DNA from: a virus
DNA: 47,617 bases
Virus genome (UHGV): UHGV-0374065
Reading direction: 5' to 3' (one strand)
Positions 22,101-31,295 of this stretch are shown here, piece after piece. The translations under genes were made by a program, and so were the position numbers. How positions within the stretch are numbered: the first letter of the stretch is position 1; every line of letters starts with the position of its first letter. Under the pieces are notes generated by a model. The model searched no databases, was not told where the DNA came from, and worked only from the letters and a program-made list of their open reading frames with translations.

Positions 22101-22378
22101 ATAAGGTTAAAACATACACAGTAAACTGCAACGACGCGTGGCTTAACACAGATGGCGATGACACCTCTGGCTCATATGTTAAGTATGCTGATTACGCAGC
22201 TCTTCAAGCTAAATGCGATGAGCTACTTAAAGAAATTAAAAACATGCAGGACCAAGCCCTTGATGATGGATGCCGAATTACAGAGCCTGAAGAAGCCTTG
22301 CAAGATAAGCAGGCACTAATTCCTGATGAGCACGAAACCGCAAACCAGCAATTCGAAAGCCCGGCTAAAAGTGAATAG
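22097..22378 (+). CDS. Hypothetical acidic protein
   Basis: 93 aa; ATGA overlap with upstream gene. Confidence 0.45.
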   Translation: MNKVKTYTVNCNDAWLNTDGDDTSGSYVKYADYAALQAKCDELLKEIKNMQDQALDDGCRITEPEEALQDKQALIPDEHETANQQFESPAKSE

Positions 22379-22441
22379 CTACCCATTCATATTAATTATC
22401 AGTGCGCTCTATGCGGCGCACGCTTTAGTGGAGGTATACCA

Positions 22442-22549
22442 ATGAATAACCACAAAAGACGCTGCTACACCACTGGCGCTAAAATCTTCCTTGCTGTTTA
22501 TGTGCTGGCCCTGGTGGCAGCCATTGCAGGAGTTGTGCATTATGTTTAA
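22442..22549 (+). CDS. Small membrane peptide (35 aa)
   Basis: RBS GGAGG; MNNHKRRCYTTGAKIFLAVYVLALVAAIAGVVHYV. Confidence 0.35.
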   Translation: MNNHKRRCYTTGAKIFLAVYVLALVAAIAGVVHYV

Positions 22550-22895
22550 CGATATCAGCGACGCAATGCAGAACATGTGGGAACGCTACTGGAACAGCAT
22601 GAAGACATGTCACTACATGATGGTACAGATAGGTAGTTACATTGAGGTTGTTCCTGACAATGGTGTGCACGACATTAAGTACATGTGCACGACATTAAGT
22701 ACATGTGCTCAACGAGGGATTATGCTAATGCAAACCACTAAACAGAAAGTCTGGCAACTCGCAAAGCAGCACGAATTAGACGATTTCATCGAGAAGGTTG
22801 CAAAGACATTCCCTGACGCGCTTGAAGTCGTTCATGTGCAGACGCGAAATGAAAATGCATGGTGCTACACAAAAAATCATACAAATGGTAGATGA
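22542..22895 (+). CDS. Hypothetical protein containing a 20-bp tandem duplication
   Basis: Start re-called at ATG 22542 (MFNDISD). CACGACATTAAGTACATGTG is repeated twice at 22670-22710. Confidence 0.4.
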   Translation: MFNDISDAMQNMWERYWNSMKTCHYMMVQIGSYIEVVPDNGVHDIKYMCTTLSTCAQRGIMLMQTTKQKVWQLAKQHELDDFIEKVAKTFPDALEVVHVQTRNENAWCYTKNHTNGR

Positions 22896-23322
22896 AATGA
22901 AGCTAACAAAAAAACAACGCGAAGAGCTACGCATGAAGTTCGGTGGTCGCTGTGCTTATTGTGGGTGTGAGCTACCCGAGAAAGGTTGGCATGCAGACCA
23001 TGTTGAACCAGTGCTACGTAAATCTGAGCAGTGCATGAAGGCAGCGGCGAAAGGGATTTTCAAGCTGAAGGCAACCGGTGAGCTATATCGACCAGAAGCC
23101 GAGCGACTGGAAAACCTTTACCCTGCGTGCGCCCCCTGCAATCTGATGAAAACTTCCTATTCCCTGGAAATGTTCAGGAAGCAGGTATCTCTTCAGGTTG
23201 CTCGTGGGCGCAAAAGCAGCATGAATTTCCGCACTGCAGAGCGTTTCGGTCTTATCGCCGTGGTGGAGAGACCAGTTGTTTTCTGGTTTGAGAAATACCA
23301 GGAAGAGAACGAAAAAAAATAA
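22885..23322 (+). CDS. HNH endonuclease (small, non-AP2 type)
   Basis: CAYCGCEL...WHADHVEP...N...CAPCN motif. Confidence 0.75.
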   Translation: MVDEMKLTKKQREELRMKFGGRCAYCGCELPEKGWHADHVEPVLRKSEQCMKAAAKGIFKLKATGELYRPEAERLENLYPACAPCNLMKTSYSLEMFRKQVSLQVARGRKSSMNFRTAERFGLIAVVERPVVFWFEKYQEENEKK

Positions 23323-23465
23323 ATGTGTTTATGATGCTCTGTTGGCAAGCGCGATAATGATGGTGTACAATAAACGCATAACCACCATTGCTTTCACTTA
23401 TATCATCACCCAACCTTTAACCCGCCTTGTGGCGTATGTGAGTTACTCAAAGAACACAAAAAGAC

Positions 23466-23906
23466 ATGGCGAATCCAAATCCAAAACACAAGTTTTCCTC
23501 TACAAATCAACCGCCTCCGCGCGGTAAGAGTTATCGCACAGTGCTGCTTGAGGCGCTTCGTGCTGCAAATACACCGATGAATGAGATTGAATTCGTCACG
23601 TATTACATCAATAGGGCCATGACATGCGAAGACGCTCAGGCAACTGGTATGCTTCGAGAGATATTCCTGCGGCTCAACCCAATTCCTAAGCCTGTAGCTC
23701 CTCCTGTGGAGTTTGACTTCCCTGCTGACGGAACTCCGGTTCAGAAAATGGATGCAATCATCAAGGGTGTCTCCACTGGCGTCGTGCCTGCTGACATCGG
23801 CAAGATGATGGCTGACATTATCAAGTCTGGCCTTGATATTCAGGAAATCACCGAACTCGCAGCGCGACTTGAGCGACTGGAGAAATTACTGGAGCAGCAA
23901 CAGTAA
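23466..23906 (+). CDS. Putative terminase small subunit
   Basis: 146 aa. Lies upstream of the large subunit with only an HNH gene intervening. C-terminal coiled coil. Confidence 0.4.
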   Translation: MANPNPKHKFSSTNQPPPRGKSYRTVLLEALRAANTPMNEIEFVTYYINRAMTCEDAQATGMLREIFLRLNPIPKPVAPPVEFDFPADGTPVQKMDAIIKGVSTGVVPADIGKMMADIIKSGLDIQEITELAARLERLEKLLEQQQ

Positions 23907-23990
23907 CTGATTTATAATAATTAATGCGGCTAGGGGGCACCCGAAAAGCGACTCATCACCGCCTGCCGCATTCACTTCAATGATGCCCTG

Positions 23991-24521
23991 ATGAGGAATC
24001 TATATATGCTTACGCAAGCAGAATTAAAACACATCCTTGATTACAATCCTGACACCGGAATTTTCACATGGAAAAACCCACACAAGCAGGGAAGGGCTAA
24101 ACCCGGGAAGCCAGCAGGAACAATAAAATTATGCGGTACCGTTGGTAGCAAACGGCCGTATCACTATATTCATTTTGGAAGAAAGTGGTATAGATCGCAT
24201 AGGCTGGCTTGGCTTTACATGACTGGTAGTTGGCCTGAAAAAGAAATAGACCACATAAACAACAATACGCTTGATAATCGTTTTGTTAATCTGCGAGAGG
24301 CTGACCATCAACAAAATGGTTACAACAAAAAGCTACAGGCAAACAACACGTCAGGGGTTAAGGGTGTGTATTGGGATAAATCAAAATGCAAGTGGATGGC
24401 AAGATTAAATATAAATGGCAGGATGGTTAATCTTGGCAGGTTCGCCAACATTGAAGATGCAGTCAAAAAGATAATGGAAGAAAGAGAGAAACATCACGGG
24501 GAGTTTTTTAATCATGGCTAG
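23991..24521 (+). CDS. HNH-AP2 homing endonuclease inserted between terminase subunit genes
   Basis: EIDHINNNTLDNRFVNLREA and NTSGVKGVYWDKSKCKWMA. Stop overlaps terL start. Confidence 0.8.
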   Translation: MRNLYMLTQAELKHILDYNPDTGIFTWKNPHKQGRAKPGKPAGTIKLCGTVGSKRPYHYIHFGRKWYRSHRLAWLYMTGSWPEKEIDHINNNTLDNRFVNLREADHQQNGYNKKLQANNTSGVKGVYWDKSKCKWMARLNINGRMVNLGRFANIEDAVKKIMEEREKHHGEFFNHG

Positions 24522-25938
24522 AAAAAGACTCTCAAGTGTGGCAATCGAAAAACTTGAACAGGCGGTTGGAAACTCAACTTCAAAGCCTGAGTCTGCTGTA
24601 TTTGGCATTGTTAACAAACTGCTTGCCGATGGTACGCCTAATGTTATAAAGCGCCTAAAAATGACATCAACAGGCGTATCTGAAACAAACGAAGAACCAA
24701 CAATCCTCATTCCCGAGAGAATGGAATTACTGCTTTATCCTCGTCGTTTCAAAGTGTTCTATGGTGGTAGGGGGAGCGGAAAGACGGCTAACGTTGTTTC
24801 TTACCTCATCGAAAAGGCAAGATTCCGTAACAGTCGCGTCGGATGCTTTCGTGAGATACAGAACTCAATCAAAGAATCAAGCTATGCCGAACTGGTTGAT
24901 GAGATAAACAGGAAAGGACACACTCAGGAATATCGTTGCGTGGATGGTGAAATAACCCACCATTCAACGAGGTCAAAGTTTGTTTTCCGTGGTTTGTGGC
25001 GAAATATAACCGCCATTAAGGGTATGGCTGGCCTTACAGATGTATTCTGTGAAGAATCAGAAAATATCAGCCAGGTTTCATGGGATACGCTAATCCCAAC
25101 AGTCCGCGCCGCTGGCTCTGAAATTATTATTGTTTTTAACCCAAACAAAGAGACGGACCCGACATGGACTAACTTTGTTGCGCCTTATATTGACAAGATG
25201 GTTGACGGCATATATCAGGATGATGACATCGTTGTTGTTAATGTTAATTACATCCACAACCCGTGGTTCACGGAAGAACTTAAGCAGCACATGAACCAGA
25301 TGAAAGCTGTGGATTATGATCGCTACCTTTGGGTGTATGAAGGCTTATTCAACAAGCGGTCTGACGAAGCTGTTCTCGGGGGGAAATGGCAAACACTCGA
25401 CTTTGAACCATCTCCTGAGTGGGGTGGGCCTTACTACGGCATTGACTTTGGTTTTTCTCAGGATGCAACAGCAGCAACTGAATCATATGTAGAAGATTTG
25501 GGTGATGGACGAAGAAACCTGTATATCTATCGTGACTTTGCAAAGGTTGGCCTTGAGATAACTGACACGCCGGAAGCGATGCGCTCAGCATTCCCAAATT
25601 CAGAGAAGTACAGATGGTATGGGGATTGCGCAAGACCTGAAACAATAAGCCATATACGACGCTCTGGATTCGATATTCATCCGTGCGCAAAATGGCCGGG
25701 GAGCATTGAGGACGGTATTACGTGGCTGCGTGGGTGTGACAGGATTTACGTGCACTCAAGATGCAGGCACGTCATTGAAGAGATGACAATGTACAGCTAT
25801 AAGGTGGACAAATTAACAGGTAACATACTCCCTGATATAGTTGATAAATACAATCACGCGATTGATAGTTTACGCTATGGACTTGGAGATCACATCGTTC
25901 AACGCGGTAGCGGGATGCTAATCCGGCGCAGGCGATAA
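24514..25938 (+). CDS. Terminase large subunit
   Basis: Walker A FYGGRGSGKT; C-terminal RNase H-like nuclease region with acidic residues. Confidence 0.8.
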   Translation: MARKRLSSVAIEKLEQAVGNSTSKPESAVFGIVNKLLADGTPNVIKRLKMTSTGVSETNEEPTILIPERMELLLYPRRFKVFYGGRGSGKTANVVSYLIEKARFRNSRVGCFREIQNSIKESSYAELVDEINRKGHTQEYRCVDGEITHHSTRSKFVFRGLWRNITAIKGMAGLTDVFCEESENISQVSWDTLIPTVRAAGSEIIIVFNPNKETDPTWTNFVAPYIDKMVDGIYQDDDIVVVNVNYIHNPWFTEELKQHMNQMKAVDYDRYLWVYEGLFNKRSDEAVLGGKWQTLDFEPSPEWGGPYYGIDFGFSQDATAATESYVEDLGDGRRNLYIYRDFAKVGLEITDTPEAMRSAFPNSEKYRWYGDCARPETISHIRRSGFDIHPCAKWPGSIEDGITWLRGCDRIYVHSRCRHVIEEMTMYSYKVDKLTGNILPDIVDKYNHAIDSLRYGLGDHIVQRGSGMLIRRRR

Positions 25939-25954
25939 ATCCGCATCACCACAC

Positions 25955-25996
25955 TTGACCAATCTACACCGAGCGCATAGTATAATCTACATCAGG
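25955..25996 (+). promoter_or_regulatory. Promoter TTGACC-N17-TAGTAT with two AATCTACA boxes
   Basis: TTGACCAATCTACACCGAGCGCATAGTATAATCTACATCA. Confidence 0.55.
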
Positions 25997-26014
25997 CTTA
26001 TCGGAGATATCACT

Positions 26015-26221
26015 ATGCGCAGCTATGCAGGGTTCACACAGGAGGAGAAAGAGCAGGTTTATTCACTGGCTCGGGCTGGTGTGCCAGATGAGGTGATTTG
26101 CCGTCGGTATGACATCGACGAGGATTTCCTGCTGCGCGTTATTGATGATGTCTTCGTTAACCTGCAAGAGAAGCGCGGATATAAAGGTATCTGCTGCAAG
26201 AATGATTTTTTGAGAGGGTGA
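26015..26221 (+). CDS. Hypothetical protein
   Basis: Start re-called at ATG 26015 (MRSYAGFTQEEKEQ), RBS GGAG. Confidence 0.45.
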   Translation: MRSYAGFTQEEKEQVYSLARAGVPDEVICRRYDIDEDFLLRVIDDVFVNLQEKRGYKGICCKNDFLRG

Positions 26222-26222
26222 T

Positions 26223-26420
26223 GTGATGATTAAGATGAGCAAGATGAGCAACAGAAGCAAGGTTTGCAGGATTGCTTTATTGCCAATCTTCCTGCCTGTG
26301 TGGTTGTTATGGGTTTTATTTTCTGGGGCGAGAAATCTATTTGAGTATCTTGAATTTTGTCAGGCAAAGGTTATACGAAAATTCCATGATGTCATTGATA
26401 AGTGGTTTCCGCTTGGTTGA
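26223..26420 (+). CDS. Small membrane protein
   Basis: 65 aa; transmembrane segment IALLPIFLPVWLLWVLF. Confidence 0.4.
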   Translation: MMIKMSKMSNRSKVCRIALLPIFLPVWLLWVLFSGARNLFEYLEFCQAKVIRKFHDVIDKWFPLG

Positions 26421-26429
26421 GGTGATGTG

Positions 26430-26597
26430 ATGAAAATTGAAGAAACAGTTAACTGCATGGCGATTAATGTGTTCACGGATTGCGATACCATTTGCGTGCA
26501 GGATTTCACTGGCGATTATGTCAGGATTGACAAACACCAAGCCGCGCAGCTAATCGAAGTCCTGCAACGCTGGGTTAATGGTGAGGAAATTGAGTGA
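26430..26597 (+). CDS. Small hypothetical protein (55 aa)
   Basis: RBS GAGGTGATGTGATG; MKIEETVNCMAINVFTDCD... Confidence 0.4.
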   Translation: MKIEETVNCMAINVFTDCDTICVQDFTGDYVRIDKHQAAQLIEVLQRWVNGEEIE

Positions 26598-26782
26598 TGA
26601 GTGTTTATTTCATTCATGCTGAAGTGCTTGATGGTGGTGATGTTGTTACCAAGGTTTGCGCGACATCTACGGCATCAAACGCCAGTGAAGCGTTTGATTT
26701 GTTTTTGGGTTGCGAATTGGTTGTAAAGTACGAAATAAAAGGCTACGACGTCATCATTGATAAACTGGAAAAGGTGGAGTGA
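26597..26782 (+). CDS. Hypothetical protein
   Basis: TGATG coupling; the conserved junction GAGGAAATTGAGTGATG. Confidence 0.4.
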   Translation: MSVYFIHAEVLDGGDVVTKVCATSTASNASEAFDLFLGCELVVKYEIKGYDVIIDKLEKVE

Positions 26783-27000
26783 TGAAAGCTGTCAAAACAA
26801 TCCTGTTCTGCATCATCAACCCGCACCTGATTGTGATGCTAATCTGCGGCGCCATGATTATTGGCGCGAGAAAGTCGCTTTATTATCTTTCCGATAAGCT
26901 GGATGACGCGGCGCGTTACATTCAGAAGATTGATCATAAACTCGGGTCGAAGTCATACCCCGCATGGTTCAGATCGCTTGTTGATGATGAGGTGGAGTGA
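26782..27000 (+). CDS. Small membrane protein
   Basis: Junction GAGGTGGAGTGATG; transmembrane segment ILFCIINPHLIVMLICGAMII. Confidence 0.4.
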   Translation: MKAVKTILFCIINPHLIVMLICGAMIIGARKSLYYLSDKLDDAARYIQKIDHKLGSKSYPAWFRSLVDDEVE

Positions 27001-27161
27001 TGGCGCTATTCTGGTCGTTCTGGATTCCACTTAATTTTATGTTCTGGTGGTTTATAGCAGCCGGAGTGCAAGAGCCAAGCAAGATACATTTCATGATTAG
27101 TTCATTTTTCGCTGTGATGACTGGTGTTGTGCCATGCTTGTTGTATCAATATTTCAAATAG
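27000..27161 (+). CDS. Small membrane protein (53 aa)
   Basis: Junction GAGGTGGAGTGATG; MALFWSFWIPLNFMFWWFIAAG... Confidence 0.35.
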   Translation: MALFWSFWIPLNFMFWWFIAAGVQEPSKIHFMISSFFAVMTGVVPCLLYQYFK

Positions 27162-27171
27162 AGGTGGAGTG

Positions 27172-27369
27172 ATGCATTTCAAATCACTAAATACCATAAG
27201 GAACGAGATGGTTGGTGGCAAATATAAAAACCACAGAGACGAAGTAGTAACCGTTGTTAATGTTGTTGGCGCTGGCGGTGGTTATCAGGTCCATTTTAAT
27301 TACGGCATGCCATACAATGTGGTTTGCGGACTTGGCAAGTTCAGGCAGCGATACCCGCATAAGGTTTAG
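27172..27369 (+). CDS. Hypothetical protein (65 aa)
   Basis: Junction GAGGTGGAGTGATG; Gly-rich VGAGGGYQVHF. Confidence 0.4.
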   Translation: MHFKSLNTIRNEMVGGKYKNHRDEVVTVVNVVGAGGGYQVHFNYGMPYNVVCGLGKFRQRYPHKV

Positions 27370-27389
27370 CCATATACCATCCATGCTAT

Positions 27390-27419
27390 AATCCCATCCA
27401 ACGTGATGGGATTTTTTAT
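27390..27419 (+). terminator. Hairpin plus U-tract upstream of the portal gene (terminator, or 5'-UTR structure of an overlapping extended -10 promoter)
   Basis: AATCCCATC-CAACGT-GATGGGATTTTTTATT, immediately preceded by TGcTATAAT at 27383-27391. Confidence 0.5.
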
Positions 27420-27428
27420 TGGTGACAT

Positions 27429-28841
27429 ATGTCAAAAATTGATGCACTAAACGCTTATATACGCGACCGCGTAGCGAACAATAACCGGGCGATCCAGCAG
27501 CAACGGCTTTGCGCTGGCGGGAAGAATCTGGACCAGAAGCGAGAGTTCATGTGGAAGGAACTTGGCTACCCGCAGGAAATCACCGCCGAGATGTTCCGCT
27601 ATGCCTATGAGCGACACCCAGCCGCCGCCGCTGGAATTAACCGCATTATTAATAAATGTTGGCAGAAATACCCTGAAGTTGTCGAAGATGGCGAGGATGA
27701 CAAGAACTCAACGACATGGGAGCTGTCCATCAACGACATGATGAAGCGCGCCTACCCGTTCATCAAGGAGGCTGATAAGCGCAACGCCATCAACCGCTAT
27801 TCCGCTGTTATCCTGCAAATCCGTGACGGCAAACAGTGGAGTGAGCCTGTAGACATTACAAAAACCCGCCGCATTAAAGATAAATCCATCGCTCGCTTTA
27901 TTCCGGTATGGGAAGAGCAGCTACGCGTTAGCGCATGGAATAACGACGAAACCAGCGAAGACTACGGAATGCCTGAGATGTACGAATATCAGGAAAGCGC
28001 CGTGGAGGACTTCGATAGCGATGGCAAGCCTGAGCGTTCCGTGCAGATTCACCCTGACCGCATCATCATTCTGGCTGAGGGTAGTTTTGACGGCAGTATG
28101 TTCAGTGGCATCCCGATGTTGCGTGCTGGCTACAATAGCCTTATCGACATGGCTAAGGTTTCAGGTAGTTCAGCAGAAGGATTCCTGAAGAATGCCAGCC
28201 GTCAACTGGCTGTTAACTACACGAAGGACAACGTAACGCCAGCAAGCCTTGCGCAGTCTATGGGTGTCGATATTGAAGAACTCACTGACATCATGAATGA
28301 GAACATCGAAGCGCTAAACTCAGGCATCGACGCAGCTATGTTCACAATGGGGGCGGATGCAAAGGTGCTTGCCGTAACGCCAGCCGACCCGAAACCAACA
28401 TGGGAAGTGGCTGCCAACCAGTTCGCTGCATCAATGGCGCTTCCGTTCACCGTCATTTTTGGTCAGCAAACCGGACGCCTTGCGAGTGATGAGGACAAGA
28501 TGCAGGAGGCGATGACAGCCAAGCAGCGCCGCGAAACGTGGGTTGATTATGTCATCTCAATGTTCGTTGAGCGCATGATTCAGTTCGGCATTGTCGATAA
28601 AGCACCGGCAAATGGCTACAAGGTTAAGTGGGATGATCTGCTTGCCCCATCAGAGCTGGATAAAGCTGAATTGCTGTCCAAGCTCGCCACTGCGAACAAG
28701 TCCTTCTTTGATGCTGGTCAATCTGCACTGCTGACCGTCGATGAAGCTCGCGGCATGGTTGGCATGGAGCCAATTGAACTTGACGAAAGCTATCGCGAAG
28801 ACACACCGCCGGAAGATGAAAATGAAGATACTCCGGTTTAA
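27429..28841 (+). CDS. Portal protein
   Basis: 470 aa. Position between terminase and the MuF-like gene. Acidic C-terminus. Family assignment (DUF1073-like) is by recall only. Confidence 0.6.
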   Translation: MSKIDALNAYIRDRVANNNRAIQQQRLCAGGKNLDQKREFMWKELGYPQEITAEMFRYAYERHPAAAAGINRIINKCWQKYPEVVEDGEDDKNSTTWELSINDMMKRAYPFIKEADKRNAINRYSAVILQIRDGKQWSEPVDITKTRRIKDKSIARFIPVWEEQLRVSAWNNDETSEDYGMPEMYEYQESAVEDFDSDGKPERSVQIHPDRIIILAEGSFDGSMFSGIPMLRAGYNSLIDMAKVSGSSAEGFLKNASRQLAVNYTKDNVTPASLAQSMGVDIEELTDIMNENIEALNSGIDAAMFTMGADAKVLAVTPADPKPTWEVAANQFAASMALPFTVIFGQQTGRLASDEDKMQEAMTAKQRRETWVDYVISMFVERMIQFGIVDKAPANGYKVKWDDLLAPSELDKAELLSKLATANKSFFDAGQSALLTVDEARGMVGMEPIELDESYREDTPPEDENEDTPV

Positions 28842-29772
28842 CGCCAGACTTCCGCAACCCCGCATATCACAGAGCCTGACAGACCCGTTAGGCGCTGCAA
28901 CTCGCCTGTCAAAGATGGACAAGGTGATAACGCGCAAATACAAACAACTCAGGACTCGTTCGCTTGAGTTGTTTCGCACCATTCCGAGCAGTCAGACCAA
29001 CGCAGAATCAAGTGGTCTGTATTTCTACGATTTCAGTAGTGCGCGTGCCGCTACGTTCATGGATGAGTTACAGGAGCTGGTTGACGAGATTCTGCTGGAA
29101 GGTGATGATTTTAGTCATGGCAGGATGTGGGCCAATGTGTTCATTGGTGATGCGTATCAGGCGGGGACGCAGAAGGCTAACTCTGAGCTGTCAAGTCTTT
29201 CTCCGGTTTATGCTGAGCAGAGGCCGATTGCCACGATACTCTACAGTGAGCCTTATCTTAATCGACTGCAACTGGCGCACACAGCAGGATACTCAGACTG
29301 GCGCGGGTTGAGTGATTATTCCCGCCAGCAACTGGCATCTGTCATCATGGAAGGCATTGCGCGTGGTGCCAATCCTCGTGATGTTGAGGATGATATCGTC
29401 AAGCGTGTCGATGTATCTCACAGCTACGCAAAACAGATTGCGCAGACTGAAATAACCGGAACGCTGCGGCAGGCAAACAGACGAGAGGTTATTGAGGCGC
29501 GCGAAGAATTAGGTATTGAAACGGTTATGCTGTGGCAATCAGCATTAATGCGCACAACCCGCCAGACGCACGCGGCGAGACACGGACTGTTTTACACGCC
29601 AGAAGAGATTGACACATTTTATAGCGAGAATGGCAATAGATATAATTGCCACTGCGCCCAGGTACCAACACTGTTAATGGATGGCAAGCCAGTCATTCTT
29701 GAGTCGTCACAGGAAAGGTTAGACAAGCAACGAGATGCGTGGCAATCGGCAAACAAAAAGCCCTCTAAGTGA
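28816..29772 (+). CDS. Head morphogenesis protein (SPP1 gp7 / Mu F family)
   Basis: [21 protein letters not shown]...[22 protein letters not shown] matches the MuF motif. Start re-called at 28816 (MKMKILRF). Confidence 0.7.
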   Translation: MKMKILRFNARLPQPRISQSLTDPLGAATRLSKMDKVITRKYKQLRTRSLELFRTIPSSQTNAESSGLYFYDFSSARAATFMDELQELVDEILLEGDDFSHGRMWANVFIGDAYQAGTQKANSELSSLSPVYAEQRPIATILYSEPYLNRLQLAHTAGYSDWRGLSDYSRQQLASVIMEGIARGANPRDVEDDIVKRVDVSHSYAKQIAQTEITGTLRQANRREVIEAREELGIETVMLWQSALMRTTRQTHAARHGLFYTPEEIDTFYSENGNRYNCHCAQVPTLLMDGKPVILESSQERLDKQRDAWQSANKKPSK

Positions 29773-29784
29773 GGGCTTGGTTTT
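29757..29784. terminator. Rho-independent terminator
   Basis: AAGCCCTC-TAAGT-GAGGGCTTGGTTTT. Confidence 0.7.
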
Positions 29785-29855
29785 ATCTTATCAGCATGCA
29801 CAGAACAAATACTATTATCGCATAGCACAATATCTCTACGACGCTGAATATTGTT

Positions 29856-30506
29856 TTAATCATCAAGTTTCACGCCGGGAATTTTGCCTGCTGCGATGGC
29901 TTCATAAATTAGCTTGGCCCCATCCTCGCGCTTGTAATCTTGCGCCACCATTTCTAATACCGCACAGATAGATTCAAGTACGGCCTCATGTTTCCTTTCT
30001 GCTTCTGTGCGTAGTGGTTTTAGGCTTTCCGGTACGAAGCAGCATGACCGACCAGCACCACCTTCATCCCAATAGCAAACAGCAACATCGTTTCCGTCCG
30101 TTGTTGTCTTGTGCGCCACAACTTCCATTTCAGTGCCGGCATCAGGAATCCAGGTATTGCGGTATCCTAACTTTGGATTGATGAAGAATTCTACTTTTGC
30201 ACCAACTGGAGGTAGGCCTTCGCCGCTCCATGTTGGCTTTTGTGATGCTGCGAGTGCGGATTCGTATTGGCTTCTAGTTACCATTGCCTTCGTACTGTCG
30301 CATGATAAAACAACATCATTATCAACTCGCCAGTATCCAACTAAACCCTTTCCTGTTCTGTGTCTCCAGCTAAATCCATTGTATCTTGGGTCATCATAAC
30401 GCCAGCAACAGAAATAGCCGTCGGCATCTTGCGTAACCACCACCCAGTTTTCGTTCCACCCACCACGCTTAGGTAATTCTTGAACTAACAGTTCGATAAG
30501 TTTCAT
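29856..30506 (-). CDS. Hypothetical protein (216 aa), accessory cassette gene 3
   Basis: No recognisable domain. Trp/Tyr-rich N-terminus WRYDDPRYNGFSWRHRTGKG, acidic C-terminus. Confidence 0.5.
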   Translation of the reverse strand: MKLIELLVQELPKRGGWNENWVVVTQDADGYFCCWRYDDPRYNGFSWRHRTGKGLVGYWRVDNDVVLSCDSTKAMVTRSQYESALAASQKPTWSGEGLPPVGAKVEFFINPKLGYRNTWIPDAGTEMEVVAHKTTTDGNDVAVCYWDEGGAGRSCCFVPESLKPLRTEAERKHEAVLESICAVLEMVAQDYKREDGAKLIYEAIAAGKIPGVKLDD

Positions 30507-30507
30507 T

Positions 30508-30759
30508 TCATTCTCCTAGCGCTTTGTTGATTGCATCCTGTGCTGATTTAATCACTTCTGGGTATGCGTCATTCCAGTTTTGCTTATACGCTTTACTGAG
30601 CATTTTCTGCAAAGCCTCCAGAAGCTCAGGTGCTGCAGCGATGACGTTGGCATCATCCTTATTGGTAACATCGCACACGAATTGGTCGCCATTACTATAG
30701 ACCCCACCAAGTTCATCATCGTAATGCCACGACCCAGGGATTCCTTTAAATTCTTTCAT
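30508..30759 (-). CDS. Hypothetical protein (83 aa), accessory cassette gene 2
   Basis: Start re-called at ATG (MKEFKG) with SD GAGG. No recognisable domain. Confidence 0.45.
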   Translation of the reverse strand: MKEFKGIPGSWHYDDELGGVYSNGDQFVCDVTNKDDANVIAAAPELLEALQKMLSKAYKQNWNDAYPEVIKSAQDAINKALGE

Positions 30760-30767
30760 CACCAACC

Positions 30768-30911
30768 TCACTTAATATATTCAACAATCTCAACTTCGCG
30801 CATCTGCACCAGACTAAATGGCGCAACCACCTTGCCGCACGGACGGATTTTGATTTGCTCAATGCTGAACATTCTGCGACAACCGCTTTCTTTGAATTTG
30901 ACTATTGCCAT
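30768..30911 (-). CDS. Small hypothetical protein (47 aa), accessory cassette gene 1
   Basis: MAIVKFKESGCRRMFSIEQIKIRPCGKVVAPFSLVQMREVEIVEYIK. Below the track cutoff. Confidence 0.35.
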   Translation of the reverse strand: MAIVKFKESGCRRMFSIEQIKIRPCGKVVAPFSLVQMREVEIVEYIK

Positions 30912-30913
30912 GA

Positions 30914-31016
30914 TTTCTCCCTCACTCATCATTTGATGTAGATACTATGCACCACCACTCAATCTACGTCAATAGTCATTGTGATAGAATTAATCATTAT
31001 TTGAACTGGAGGCAGA
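30914..31016. promoter_or_regulatory. Divergent promoter region with two operator-like boxes
   Basis: TTGATGTAGATAC (30931) and CAATCTACGTCAAT (30964). Minus strand has TTGACG-N17/19-TAGTAT. Plus strand has an extended -10 TGaTAGAAT (30982-90). Confidence 0.5.
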
Positions 31017-31295
31017 ATGAAACTATCGCAACGAGGCGTGGAGACGTTTGGAATTACCGATGCCGTGGATATATCGCCTTACATCACTACCGAGACAACG
31101 CAGAATCAGTTCGACGCGCTGGCAAGTCTTGCCACCGACATTGGCATTTACGCGTTCCGTAAATCAACGCTTCTGAAGAAGCACAACCTCCGCTGCTTCT
31201 CATGTGCTGTTGCGCATTTCATCGCGTGGGGCGAGAAGACTGGCGACAAAGCAAAACGCAAAGCTGAAAAAGAGGTTTACTGGTATGGCTATTAG
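31017..31295 (+). pseudogene. C-terminal half of a GH24 (T4/P22-type) lysozyme, N-terminal catalytic half missing
   Basis: TQNQFDALASLATDIGIYAFRKSTLLKKHN...EKEVYW aligns with the C-terminal lobe of T4-type lysozymes. No Glu/Asp catalytic N-terminus is upstream. Confidence 0.55.

Noticed and set aside
29840-29856. Partial operator-like sequence ATCTCTACGACG downstream of the 29757 terminator
   Set aside because: It matches only 8 of 11 positions of the box and has no partner site or promoter hexamers.
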